Assembly (NCBI GenBank): GCA_964505165.1 | Contig: CAZDGZ010000002.1 | Span: 738-64,737, forward strand | Direction: 5' to 3' | From: an uncultured Anaerolineaceae bacterium | Lineage (GTDB): Bacteria > Chloroflexota > Anaerolineae > Anaerolineales > Villigracilaceae | Length of the DNA stretch: 64,000 nucleotides | Shown here: one piece after another, positions 53,683 through 62,332 of the stretch | Layout of the letters: the number at the start of each line of letters is the position of its first letter | How positions within the stretch are numbered: position 1 is the stretch's first letter | The notes under the pieces: model-generated | The model's input: only the letters and a program-made list of their open reading frames with translations | The model's database searches: none | What the model was told of the DNA's origin: nothing | Program-made: the position numbers and the translations under genes

Positions 53683-55362
53683 ATGTACGACCCGAAGAGA
53701 ATTTCCCGTCTCAAACAATCTTTGGAACAGTGGAAGAAGACGACGCTGAAGAAATCCATTTCCCGTTTCCCTGAGCGAAAAGAAGAATTTATTACGACCT
53801 CCTCCGAACCCATCCGGCGCTTATATACCCCTTTGGATGTGGAAGAGATGGATTACGAGCGCGATTTGGGGCTTCCGGGGGAATACCCCTTCACGCGTGG
53901 AATCCACCCGACTATGCACCGGGGACGGCTGTGGACGATGCGGATGTTTGCCGGTTTCGGCACAGCGGAGGAGACCAACGCTCGGTTTAAGTATTTGCTC
54001 AAAGAAGGGCAAACCGGGTTGTCTATCGCGTTCGACCTTCCCACCCTCATGGGCTACGACAGCGACGCGCCCGAAGCGCTTGGTGAGTTCGGCAAATGCG
54101 GCGTCGCTGTTTCGTCCCTGAAAGATATGGAAATTTTGCTCAAAGATATTCCTCTGGATAAAGTTTCCACGAGCATGACCATCAACTCCCCGGCGGCGGT
54201 CATTTGGGCGATGTATATCGCGGCGGCGGAAAAACAAGGCGTCCGCCCCGACCAATTGCGCGGCACGATTCAAAACGATATTTTGAAAGAATATATCGCC
54301 CAGAAGGAATATATCTTCCCGCCCGAACCCTCGATGCGGCTGGTGGTGGACACCATCGAATATGGGACGAACGTCGTTCCGCAATGGAACACGATTAGCA
54401 TTTCCGGCTATCATATTCGGGAGGCGGGGGCGACCGCCGCGCAGGAACTCGCATTCACGCTTTCGGACGGATTCGAATATGTCCGCTGGGCGCTGAAGCG
54501 CGGACTGGATATTGATGCGTTCGCGCCGCGTTTGTCGCATTTCTTCAATTCCCACAATGATTTCTTCGAGGAAATCGCCAAATTCCGCGCTGCGCGGCGT
54601 ATCTGGGCGCGCGAGATGCGTGAGACTTTCGGCGCGAAAAATCCCCGCTCGTGGTTGATGCGTTTCCACACGCAGACTGCGGGATGTTCGCTCACGGCGC
54701 AGCAACCCGAAATCAACGTGGTGCGTGTGGCAATTCAGGCGCTGGCAGGGGTGTTGGGCGGAACGCAATCGCTGCATACCAATAGCCTTGATGAAGCCCT
54801 TGCGCTTCCTTCCGAAGAGGCTGTGACGATAGCCCTGCGTACCCAACAAATTATCGCGGAAGAATCCGGCGTCGCGAACACGGTGGATCCTCTGGGAGGG
54901 TCTTTCTTCGTCGAGGCGCAGACGAATCGAATCGAGAAGCAAGCCTACGATTACTTCCGCCGAATCGAAGAATTGGGCGGTGTTCTTCCCGCGATTGAAA
55001 AAGGATTCTTCCAAAGCGAAATCTCGGATGCCGCGTATCGCTACCAGCGAGAAATTGACGAAGGGATTCGCAAGATTGTCGCGGTCAACGCGTATACCGA
55101 GGAAAAACCGCTTTCGATTCCGCTCTTGGAAATGGATCCCGAAGGATACAAGCGACAGGCGGCACGTCTGAAAGAAGTTCGCGAAACGCGGGATAAGGGA
55201 CGCGTGGGGCAGACCCTCGACCGTCTCCGCATTGCCTGTCAGGGGACAGAAAACACCATGCCCTACATCCTCGACGCGGTTCGTGCGTATGCGACCCTCG
55301 GAGAGATTATCGGTGTGATGAAAGAGGTCTTTGGCGTCTACGAAGAACCGACTTGGATTTGA
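53683..55362 (+). CDS. Acyl-CoA mutase large (substrate-binding barrel) subunit, methylmalonyl/isobutyryl-CoA mutase family, without B12-binding domain
   Basis: [64 protein letters not shown] and following barrel blocks. At 559 aa, there is no DxHxxG cobalamin domain. Confidence 0.92.
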   Translation: MYDPKRISRLKQSLEQWKKTTLKKSISRFPERKEEFITTSSEPIRRLYTPLDVEEMDYERDLGLPGEYPFTRGIHPTMHRGRLWTMRMFAGFGTAEETNARFKYLLKEGQTGLSIAFDLPTLMGYDSDAPEALGEFGKCGVAVSSLKDMEILLKDIPLDKVSTSMTINSPAAVIWAMYIAAAEKQGVRPDQLRGTIQNDILKEYIAQKEYIFPPEPSMRLVVDTIEYGTNVVPQWNTISISGYHIREAGATAAQELAFTLSDGFEYVRWALKRGLDIDAFAPRLSHFFNSHNDFFEEIAKFRAARRIWAREMRETFGAKNPRSWLMRFHTQTAGCSLTAQQPEINVVRVAIQALAGVLGGTQSLHTNSLDEALALPSEEAVTIALRTQQIIAEESGVANTVDPLGGSFFVEAQTNRIEKQAYDYFRRIEELGGVLPAIEKGFFQSEISDAAYRYQREIDEGIRKIVAVNAYTEEKPLSIPLLEMDPEGYKRQAARLKEVRETRDKGRVGQTLDRLRIACQGTENTMPYILDAVRAYATLGEIIGVMKEVFGVYEEPTWI

Positions 55363-55378
55363 CGAGATGCTTTTCTTC

Positions 55379-55415
55379 AAAAAAATCCCGATGGCAGCCC
55401 ATCGGGATTTTTTTA
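55379..55415. terminator. Bidirectional rho-independent terminator
   Basis: AAAAAAATCCCGATGG-CAGC-CCATCGGGATTTTTTT. Confidence 0.8.
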
Positions 55416-56024
55416 TCCTCGCGGCAAACGCGAGAGAATGGAATCGGTTGGAGGTCGTTTCTTCTTTTTCGGCGCAATATCCCCGCCTGTGCGGAGGCTT
55501 TCCATTTCCGTGCTGAGACCCATCCAGTTTTCTACGAGGAGAACCAAATTGGACGTTTTGTCTTTGAAGAAAAACGGGGAAAGGAAGAAACGCAGCAGCG
55601 CTCGCGGCAAGGGGTAGCCGTTAAGGTCAATCACGATGACCGTCTTCGGCAAAAGCGGCGCCATGACCTCCCGCATCCAGTTGGAAAGTTGCGAGGGTGG
55701 AAAAACTTCTGCCATCTTCGTGGTCGTTGTCCTTCGGAAGCGCTTGTACGAGATGTTCATGCGGAGGAACGGAGTCACCAGCCGAAGATGGGTGCGATAC
55801 GGGCGGACATACGCGGCTTTTCTGGAAAGGAAGAGGAAAATAGTGAATCCAAGAGAAAGTGCGCCAAGTCCCGGAAGAAGCACCCTTCCCGTTTGGATGC
55901 CGCGATATTTCAGCGCTTGCCATAAACCGAAGAGCGCGATACTCAGCGCAAAAGTCGCGCGCCACCATCGGTTGAGCATGTATTCATAGAGCAGGAGCGG
56001 ATACCGATGTCCGGCTTTTGCCAT
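55413..56024 (-). CDS. Two-TM membrane protein with basic C-terminal tail (hypothetical)
   Basis: 203-aa ORF whose ATG overlaps the translin stop (TAATG). It has two hydrophobic helices, then a soluble domain of about 120 aa. No family recognised. Confidence 0.55.
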   Translation of the reverse strand: MAKAGHRYPLLLYEYMLNRWWRATFALSIALFGLWQALKYRGIQTGRVLLPGLGALSLGFTIFLFLSRKAAYVRPYRTHLRLVTPFLRMNISYKRFRRTTTTKMAEVFPPSQLSNWMREVMAPLLPKTVIVIDLNGYPLPRALLRFFLSPFFFKDKTSNLVLLVENWMGLSTEMESLRTGGDIAPKKKKRPPTDSILSRLPRG

Positions 56025-56671
56025 TAGAAATCCTCCTCGTTGCGATTGAGTTCCTCGCTGAGCCGCGCGAGCGCGTTTTCGAGATGTTCGCCGCGAAGGC
56101 TAAAGGTCACGTCGCCGCGTGTGCGCTCAAGGAGGCTGCGGGCGATGTCGGTTTGCCGCCGTAACCCGTTGGTGATGGCGTCCGGGTAATCCATCGTGAC
56201 AAGGACGGCGTAAATATCATCCATGTAGCCGAGAAGCCGTTCTACTTCTTCGGAATAGCCGTGACGTAAAATATCGAGGATTTTTCGGCGAAGTTCGCCG
56301 ACGACCTCCGCCAGTCCGTTGAGATACGTCGCGTGCGGCACATCGAGGTTTTCGAGAGAGGGGAGGGGCTGATTGTAGATTAGCGCGCAGGTGATGTGCG
56401 CCTCGACGAATTCCTTGAGCGCGCTTTGGGTGTACCCCGCGTAATATAAATCGGGATGCGCGGCGAGTTTCTCGCGTAGCGCCGCCGCGAGCGAATCTGC
56501 ATTTTCGAGTTGCGCGTTCATCTCATCGGAATCGCCGCGATGCGCCGCGCGAATTGCCAGCGCACAATGGCGAATGAGTGTCCGCGTTTGCGAGAGGGCT
56601 TTATCGCGCGCGGCGCTTTGTTTTTCGAAACGCTGCCGAATCTCTTCGGCGATGATATCCAATGTGTGCAT
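56024..56671 (-). CDS. Translin-family protein (TRAX/C3PO-like)
   Basis: The all-helical 215-aa protein carries YLNGLAEVVGELRR (the translin/TRAX GL.D..GEL.R-type helix) and KEFVEAH (ExxE). The ATG overlaps the upstream stop as TAATG. Confidence 0.7.
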   Translation of the reverse strand: MHTLDIIAEEIRQRFEKQSAARDKALSQTRTLIRHCALAIRAAHRGDSDEMNAQLENADSLAAALREKLAAHPDLYYAGYTQSALKEFVEAHITCALIYNQPLPSLENLDVPHATYLNGLAEVVGELRRKILDILRHGYSEEVERLLGYMDDIYAVLVTMDYPDAITNGLRRQTDIARSLLERTRGDVTFSLRGEHLENALARLSEELNRNEEDF

Positions 56672-57006
56672 TATTTTTCTTTAGGAGGAGAGGGCGGCAA
56701 AAACGGCTTGAAGAGTTTATCCGCCAAAGAGGAATTTCGCGGCGGCATGGGAATTTCTCCGAACGCGGCTTCATACCGCGCAAGATTCTCTCCGAGTGCG
56801 CGGTGCAGCAATTTCGCACTGAGCGGCGACATCACAATCCGCGCGGCGATGCGAGTTTTCTTTTCCCCAGGGAGGAGATGCGCGAAATCCATCACGATGT
56901 CTGCCGGCGAGTGCGATATCCTCGCTAAATTGGCATAAATGGCTTGTAACTCCGCAGAAGCCTCAAGCAAAACGGAAGGGCGACCCGGTTTCTTTTCTTC
57001 GGTCAT
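56671..57006 (-). CDS. DUF3467-family small protein
   Basis: IYANLARISHSPADIVMDFAHLLPG...ARIVMSPLSAKLLHRALGENLARYEAAFGEI matches the DUF3467 pattern (YSNL..ISHS..EF.LDF...MSP..AK.L...L) from memory. Confidence 0.7.
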   Translation of the reverse strand: MTEEKKPGRPSVLLEASAELQAIYANLARISHSPADIVMDFAHLLPGEKKTRIAARIVMSPLSAKLLHRALGENLARYEAAFGEIPMPPRNSSLADKLFKPFLPPSPPKEK

Positions 57007-57021
57007 GGGCTATCCTTTCTT

Positions 57022-57059
57022 GCAAAAAGGGGATTTTGCGTTTTTGGCAAAATCCCCTT
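57022..57059 (-). terminator. Rho-independent terminator/attenuator after ssb
   Basis: The minus strand reads AAGGGGATTTTGC-N7-GCAAAATCCCCTT (13-bp stem), followed by TTTTGC. Confidence 0.7.
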
Positions 57060-57078
57060 GAATGACGGTGCGTATCGT

Positions 57079-57510
57079 TTAGAAGGGAATATCGTCGTCC
57101 CCCGCGTCCATTGGCGCGGATGTGCCGGCGCCGGCAAACGACCCGCCCCCGACGCCTGGCTCGTTCCTCGTGGACAGAAAACGAACGGTTTGCGCGGTGA
57201 CCTCGTAAGAGGCGCGCGGCGCTCCGTCTTGTCCCGTCCAGATTCGTGGACCGCCGGTCGCGGGGTCGGGAGTCAACCGTCCCTCGATAAGGACCTTCGA
57301 CCCCTTATGCAGATATTGACTGCATGTCTCCGCGAGCCGTCCCCACGCGGAAATTCGGAACCAGGTGGTCTCTTTTACCTTTTCGCCGTTGTTCGTCGTA
57401 TATTGGCGGTTCGTGGCGACGGAAAAACTGGTCACCGCCTGCCCCGATGGGGTATAGCGCATTTCGGGATCGCGTCCTAAATTGCCGACAATGATAATCG
57501 TCTGATACAT
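57079..57510 (-). CDS. ssb: Single-stranded DNA-binding protein
   Basis: MYQTIIIVGNLGRDPEMRYTPSGQAVTSFSVATNRQY OB-fold start and an acidic tip ending DDDIPF. The start is at ATG 57510 after AAAGGAG. Confidence 0.93.
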   Translation of the reverse strand: MYQTIIIVGNLGRDPEMRYTPSGQAVTSFSVATNRQYTTNNGEKVKETTWFRISAWGRLAETCSQYLHKGSKVLIEGRLTPDPATGGPRIWTGQDGAPRASYEVTAQTVRFLSTRNEPGVGGGSFAGAGTSAPMDAGDDDIPF

Positions 57511-57667
57511 GGGAAAATCTCCTTTAAGGTTGAGTGAACGCCGCATCGCGCGACGTTGCGAGGTTGCTTTATTTTACACGCAAAACGCGTGCGAATTCAA
57601 CGAATTTCTGAATGGAGGATAGTTAAGCGGCGGCGTTTTCAACGATGCCCGGAAAATCATCCGGGGA

Positions 57668-58969
57668 TTACCTCTTCGCATCCTCTATCATCAATTGCGC
57701 GGCGCGGCGTCCGATTTCCACCGCGAAATTCGTTCCTCTATCCCAGGGATAAATCTGACTCATACTCGCGAAATACAACCCTTCGACGGGCGTGCGTATT
57801 GGCGGGAGATGTTCGGAATGATGCAATTGCGGCACAGGTTGGGCATACGCCGCCTTGAAAACCCAGGCTTTGTTGACCCACTCGCGCGAAAATTTCGGAT
57901 TGATTCGCCGGAAACTCGGAGCGAAACGTTCCAGCAGCGCGTCCGCATCCATATCGAAATACTCATGTCCCGATTCGAGATAATCGCCCGCGTAGACGAT
58001 ATGCGCCCCTCCAAAATGCTCAGGAGAAACATAATTCGTATGCTCCACCAGCGCCAAAAACGGAAACTCCTCTCCTTTTGGCAAATTGAACCAGTAATAT
58101 CCCTCTTCCGAAAGCGGATGCTTCAAAGAAAGGACGAGAACGACCGCCCCCATATATTTGAGTTCCCTCAATGCTTGAACATAGGAATTTGGAAGCGAAG
58201 GACAAAGAGAAGACATCTGCGACGGCGAAAGCGTGACGAGGATTTCATCGAACACCTCCTCCCCCGCGTTACTCCTCAGGAGCAGACTCCCTTCCGCCTG
58301 ATTCCGTTGTATCTGCGTGACGCGCGTCGAAAAGCGGAATTCCGCGCCCATCCCGCGTAATTTTTCCTCGAACGCGTTCGCGAAGGCTTGGAAACCTCCC
58401 TCGAACGTGCCGAGGCGCGTTGTCCGCGCGTGAATCCGTGCCCAAAACCATGACATCGGCACCTCTTTGTAGAACCTTCCGAATTTGCCGATGAGCAGCG
58501 GCTCCCACATCTCCTCGTAGACGCGTTTCCCCGCCCACTTCCGCATCCACGCGTCGGCGGTGATTTTTTCCAGCGCCCGCCAGTTTTTCGTCAACCGCAG
58601 ATACACGCCGACCAGCCCGAAACGGAGTTTATCCACGCCCCAGCCCAATCCGGGGAATAACAACGCGGAAAGCGTCGAATCGAAGGGGTACCATTTTCCT
58701 CTATATTGCAGCACAGTGTACGGACGCGGAAAAAGAACCTTCTCGCGCAGCCCCAATTCCTCGATGAGGCTCATCATGTGCGTATCGCTGGCAAACCAGT
58801 GATGATAGAACTTATCCACATACCAATCCCACGACGGCTCTTTGAAACCTCCTGCCAGACCGCCGACGGATGCTTCGGCTTCGTATACCGTCACGCGATG
58901 CCCTGCGCGGAGCAAATCATATGCAGCAGCCATGCCGCTGAACCCCGCGCCGACGATTGCGATTTTCAT
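57668..58969 (-). CDS. NAD(P)/FAD-dependent oxidoreductase (amine oxidase / phytoene desaturase-like)
   Basis: MKIAIVGAGFSGMAAAYDLLRAGHRVTVYEAEASVGGLAGGF is a dinucleotide-binding start. 433 aa. Confidence 0.85.
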   Translation of the reverse strand: MKIAIVGAGFSGMAAAYDLLRAGHRVTVYEAEASVGGLAGGFKEPSWDWYVDKFYHHWFASDTHMMSLIEELGLREKVLFPRPYTVLQYRGKWYPFDSTLSALLFPGLGWGVDKLRFGLVGVYLRLTKNWRALEKITADAWMRKWAGKRVYEEMWEPLLIGKFGRFYKEVPMSWFWARIHARTTRLGTFEGGFQAFANAFEEKLRGMGAEFRFSTRVTQIQRNQAEGSLLLRSNAGEEVFDEILVTLSPSQMSSLCPSLPNSYVQALRELKYMGAVVLVLSLKHPLSEEGYYWFNLPKGEEFPFLALVEHTNYVSPEHFGGAHIVYAGDYLESGHEYFDMDADALLERFAPSFRRINPKFSREWVNKAWVFKAAYAQPVPQLHHSEHLPPIRTPVEGLYFASMSQIYPWDRGTNFAVEIGRRAAQLMIEDAKR

Positions 58970-59976
58970 ACTCTCTCCTTTTCTTCTCGCAGCGAATCAT
59001 CCCAATGGATGCCTTCGCGTGCCATGTAATACAACCCCAAAAGCGTGATAGGCAGCCACAACGCCGCGTGCAGGACGAGGGTGTAGCCCGCCGCGATTTC
59101 TTGCGGGACGCCATACGCGGACAAAACGGCAATTCCCGGCGCGTCGAACGTGCCGATATATCCCGGAGCGGAGGGAATCGTTGTCGCGAGGTTGACGATT
59201 CCATTCATCAGCATCAACGCGAAAAAGCCGACCTCGAAGGGAAACGCGTGCATCACGAACCAATATTTCCCCGTTTCGAGCAGCCAGATGACGATGGAGG
59301 TAAGAAACACCATGAGCGCGTTGAGAGGCGAGCGCAGCGAGGCGAGTCCCTCCAAGAAGCGGTGAGTCAAATCTTTCACGCGGTCTTGCCACCGCGCGGG
59401 GAGAAAATGGTCTATTCCCCATTCCGCGAGGCGGAGTGTCTTTCGAGGAAACATTGCCGCGAGGAGAAAAATTGCCAGCGCGCCAAAAAATGCCCCTGCG
59501 CCCCACACCGCCAGCGATTGGATGCTCCCCACGAAACCGGAATCCGATGTTGCCGTTTTTGCGAGTTCCGGCAAATTGACGAAAACGAATCCGAGCATCA
59601 CCACGCCGTCGAAAACGCGCTCGATGACGATTGTCGCCAATGACGCGGACACGGAGATTCCCTCGCGGCGTTTGAGGACGACAGCCCTGAGCACCTCCCC
59701 AGCCCGCGCGGGGAAGATGTTGTTTCCCGCATAGCCAATCGCGACGATGGGGAACATCGTCTTGGTTGAGACGGCCTTGACCGGTTTGAGAAGGTAGTGC
59801 CACCGCCACGCGCGTACCCACACGGCGAGGAAATATACGGCAATGCCCGGAAAGAGCCATCCGTATTGCGCGCTTCGGAGCGTTGCCCAAAACGAATCCA
59901 AACGAAGCCCGCGCAGCGCGAGCCAAAGAAAAATCGCGCTTATGAGCGCGCCGAGCCAGAAATGCCATCGTTTCAT
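58966..59976 (-). CDS. UPF0104 / lysylphosphatidylglycerol-synthase-TM-region (flippase-like) membrane protein
   Basis: MKRWHFWLGALISAIFLWLALRGL...VRAWRWHYLL matches the typical UPF0104 N-terminus. About 8 TM helices. A 4-nt overlap with the downstream oxidoreductase gene. Confidence 0.8.
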   Translation of the reverse strand: MKRWHFWLGALISAIFLWLALRGLRLDSFWATLRSAQYGWLFPGIAVYFLAVWVRAWRWHYLLKPVKAVSTKTMFPIVAIGYAGNNIFPARAGEVLRAVVLKRREGISVSASLATIVIERVFDGVVMLGFVFVNLPELAKTATSDSGFVGSIQSLAVWGAGAFFGALAIFLLAAMFPRKTLRLAEWGIDHFLPARWQDRVKDLTHRFLEGLASLRSPLNALMVFLTSIVIWLLETGKYWFVMHAFPFEVGFFALMLMNGIVNLATTIPSAPGYIGTFDAPGIAVLSAYGVPQEIAAGYTLVLHAALWLPITLLGLYYMAREGIHWDDSLREEKERV

Positions 59977-60016
59977 GGGCGTGATTGTACCCGAATTTTC
60001 AGAGGAGGATGATTCG

Positions 60017-60025
60017 TGCTAGAAT
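60017..60025 (+). promoter_or_regulatory. Extended -10 element TGCTAGAAT 6 nt upstream of ATG 60032 (possible leaderless start)
   Basis: TGnTAnAAT match. Only AAAATC separates it from the start codon, and there is no SD. Confidence 0.4.
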
Positions 60026-60031
60026 AAAATC

Positions 60032-61765
60032 ATGGCGATAGCAATCGATTCTCGCGTGACCTTTCTCAAGAAATTGCATCTCTTTCACGGTTTGCCGGAA
60101 GAGACGATTCGTTCCATCGCGGAAAAGATGACCGAGGTCTCGTATCCCGAAGAGGAGAAGGTTTTCAGCGAAGGAAGCAGAGCGGATTCGTTTTTCATCG
60201 TCTATTCAGGGGCTGTGAGGGTCGAGAGAACCCGCCGAAATAAAAAGATTTTGCTTGCGAAACTGGTCTCAGGAGATTATTTTGGGGAAGAGGCAATTTT
60301 CAGCCATCGCCGCCGCTCCGCGGATGTCATCGCGGAAAAAGGGACGACCCTCCTTGCTTTGGATGCGAAAACTTTTGGCACGATTCTGCGAAAGAACCGT
60401 GCGCTTCACTCGAATATCGAGGTGGTGGTTTCCAGCCGAAAACTTGCCCGAAAGATGCGGTTTAAGTGGCTGGGCAAAGATGAGGTGGTCTATCTCATCG
60501 TGCGAAAGCATCACTTGATGCTGATTCAGACGATGATTTTGCCCTCGCTTCTTCTTCTCTTCTTCTCGCTCTTCTTCCTTGTGTTGAAGGCTTTGATGGT
60601 GGCGGGCAATGCTCAAGGACAAGCGGGAAACCCGTCTTCTTGGATACAGTCACGGCTTTTTTTGTGGTTTACCATTGCGGGGATGGTGGCTTCTGTCCTT
60701 TGGGGAATTTGGCGGGCGATAGATTGGGGAAACGATTATTACATCGTCACGAACCGCCGCGTGATTTGGCTGGAAAAGGTCATCGGCGTTTACGACAGCC
60801 GACAGGAAGCCCCGCTGAGTACGATTCTTTCCGTTGGCGTGGATACAGACCAAATGGGCCGCTTGATGGATTATGGAGATGTCATCGTCCGAACATATAC
60901 GGGAAAGATCCCGCTGCGGCATATTCGTCATCCGACTCAGGCTGCTTCGATGGTGGAAGAGTATTGGCTGCGGACGAAGACGCGGATTCAGAAGAACGAA
61001 GAAATTGCCATGAAGAACGAGATTCGCAAGCGGTTGGGGCTGAAACCTCTCCCGATGGAAAAAGTGGACGACTTGGAATCAGGTGGAACGGAGAGCGAAC
61101 CTGCTGCTCCCCCGGGGAAGCGGGGGCTTTTGCGGATGTGGTTTTCCCGATTGTTCAAACTTCGATTCGAACAATCCGAAACGATTACATATCGCAAGCA
61201 TTGGTATGTTCTCTGGCAGCAAGTTCTCCTGCCGACGCTTTTCATCCTCGCATTGATCATTTTGATGATTATGAATGCGCGGAGCAATTCTTCCATCAAG
61301 GGCGGGGTGACCGCGACGCTTTTGGTGGCTTTGCTTCCGTTTCTTGGATGGTGGGTATATCAATATGTGGATTGGCGCAATGATATTTATCAGGTGACGG
61401 CGGACCAGATTTTGGATATCGATAAGAAGCCGCTGGGGAAAGAGGAGCGAAAGACCGCGCCGTTGGAGAATATCTTGAGTACCGAGTATGAACGTGTGGG
61501 GTTGATGGGCATTTTGTTTAATTTCGGGACGGTGTATATTCGCATCGGTTCGGTGGAATTTACGTTTCAGGATGTCTACGACCCGCCGCAGGTGCAGCAG
61601 GACATCATTCGCCGGATGACCGCGCGTATTCTCCAAAAGAAGGAGAGCGCGTTGAAGGAAGAACGTGAGCGAATGGCGGAGTGGCTGGCGACGTATCATC
61701 GCAGCGCGGCGGAATTTTATGAAGAACAGGGAAATGAGGAGAACGCCCCTCCAAATATGGAGTAA
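60032..61765 (+). CDS. Cyclic-nucleotide-binding domain membrane protein with two bPH/YdbT-like modules
   Basis: N-terminal CAP_ED (FHGLPEETIRSIAEKM...GDYFGEEAIFSHRRRSADV). Two TM-pair plus PH-like units follow (DWGNDYYIVTNRRVIWLEK... and DWRNDIYQVTADQILDIDKK...). Confidence 0.8.
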   Translation: MAIAIDSRVTFLKKLHLFHGLPEETIRSIAEKMTEVSYPEEEKVFSEGSRADSFFIVYSGAVRVERTRRNKKILLAKLVSGDYFGEEAIFSHRRRSADVIAEKGTTLLALDAKTFGTILRKNRALHSNIEVVVSSRKLARKMRFKWLGKDEVVYLIVRKHHLMLIQTMILPSLLLLFFSLFFLVLKALMVAGNAQGQAGNPSSWIQSRLFLWFTIAGMVASVLWGIWRAIDWGNDYYIVTNRRVIWLEKVIGVYDSRQEAPLSTILSVGVDTDQMGRLMDYGDVIVRTYTGKIPLRHIRHPTQAASMVEEYWLRTKTRIQKNEEIAMKNEIRKRLGLKPLPMEKVDDLESGGTESEPAAPPGKRGLLRMWFSRLFKLRFEQSETITYRKHWYVLWQQVLLPTLFILALIILMIMNARSNSSIKGGVTATLLVALLPFLGWWVYQYVDWRNDIYQVTADQILDIDKKPLGKEERKTAPLENILSTEYERVGLMGILFNFGTVYIRIGSVEFTFQDVYDPPQVQQDIIRRMTARILQKKESALKEERERMAEWLATYHRSAAEFYEEQGNEENAPPNME

Positions 61766-61821
61766 AATGGGCGAGAAAGAACAATTTTCTCCGCCGATGG
61801 GCGGGATGAGTGAGGAAAGAT

Positions 61822-62325
61822 ATGAGCGTGCGACCAGTTGTTGTCGTCCCGGATGAAATTCTGCGGCGCAAAGCGCGTCCGGTGACGAAATTCGACGACA
61901 CATTACAAACCTTGATTGATGACATGATTGAAACCATGCGCGACGCCCCAGGAGTGGGGTTGGCTGCGCCGCAAGTCAATGTTTCGGAGCGGGTCATTGT
62001 CGTGGAATTCGGAGACGAAGAGGACGAGACCGTCCCGCCGAAACTTTATGTGGTGGTGAACCCCGAAATCACGCGCTTTTCCCGTGAGACGGAAATGGGC
62101 GTGGAGGGGTGTCTTTCCATCCCCGGATTGGTCGGGGAGGTGGAACGCTACCTCTCGGTGACGGTGAAAGGACAAAACCGACGCGGACATCCGATTCGCA
62201 TCAAAGCCAAAGGATGGCTGGCACGAATCTTCCAGCATGAGATTGACCATGTGAACGGGATTCTCTATACCGACCGCGCGGTAAAGGTCTGGAAACCGGA
62301 AGAACCCGTAGAAGATTTGGTGTAA
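61822..62325 (+). CDS. def: Peptide deformylase
   Basis: GVGLAAPQV, EGCLSIPG and HEIDHVNG motifs. The start is at ATG 61822 after GAGGAAAG (ORF-track GTG 61810 is possible). Confidence 0.93.
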   Translation: MSVRPVVVVPDEILRRKARPVTKFDDTLQTLIDDMIETMRDAPGVGLAAPQVNVSERVIVVEFGDEEDETVPPKLYVVVNPEITRFSRETEMGVEGCLSIPGLVGEVERYLSVTVKGQNRRGHPIRIKAKGWLARIFQHEIDHVNGILYTDRAVKVWKPEEPVEDLV

Positions 62326-62332
62326 TTGCTCC

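Noticed and set aside
53821-55380. 519-aa minus-strand ORF opposite the acyl-CoA mutase gene. Similar cases are 30132-31754, 27034-28212, 24479-25645, 52512-53498, 10402-10992 and 6808-7566.
   Set aside because: The four I phased (53821-55380, 30132-31754, 27034-28212, 24479-25645) are codon-aligned mirrors of well-supported genes. I did not phase the others. All give Arg/Gly/Val-rich nonsense translations, and none has an independent start signal.
58812-58820. Perfect DnaA box TTATCCACA inside the FAD-oxidoreductase gene, with a one-mismatch TTATCCACG about 180 bp upstream of it (near 58630) in the same gene
   Set aside because: These are isolated boxes within coding sequence. One perfect 9-mer per 64 kb is about the chance expectation, and there is no cluster, AT-rich tract or intergenic context.
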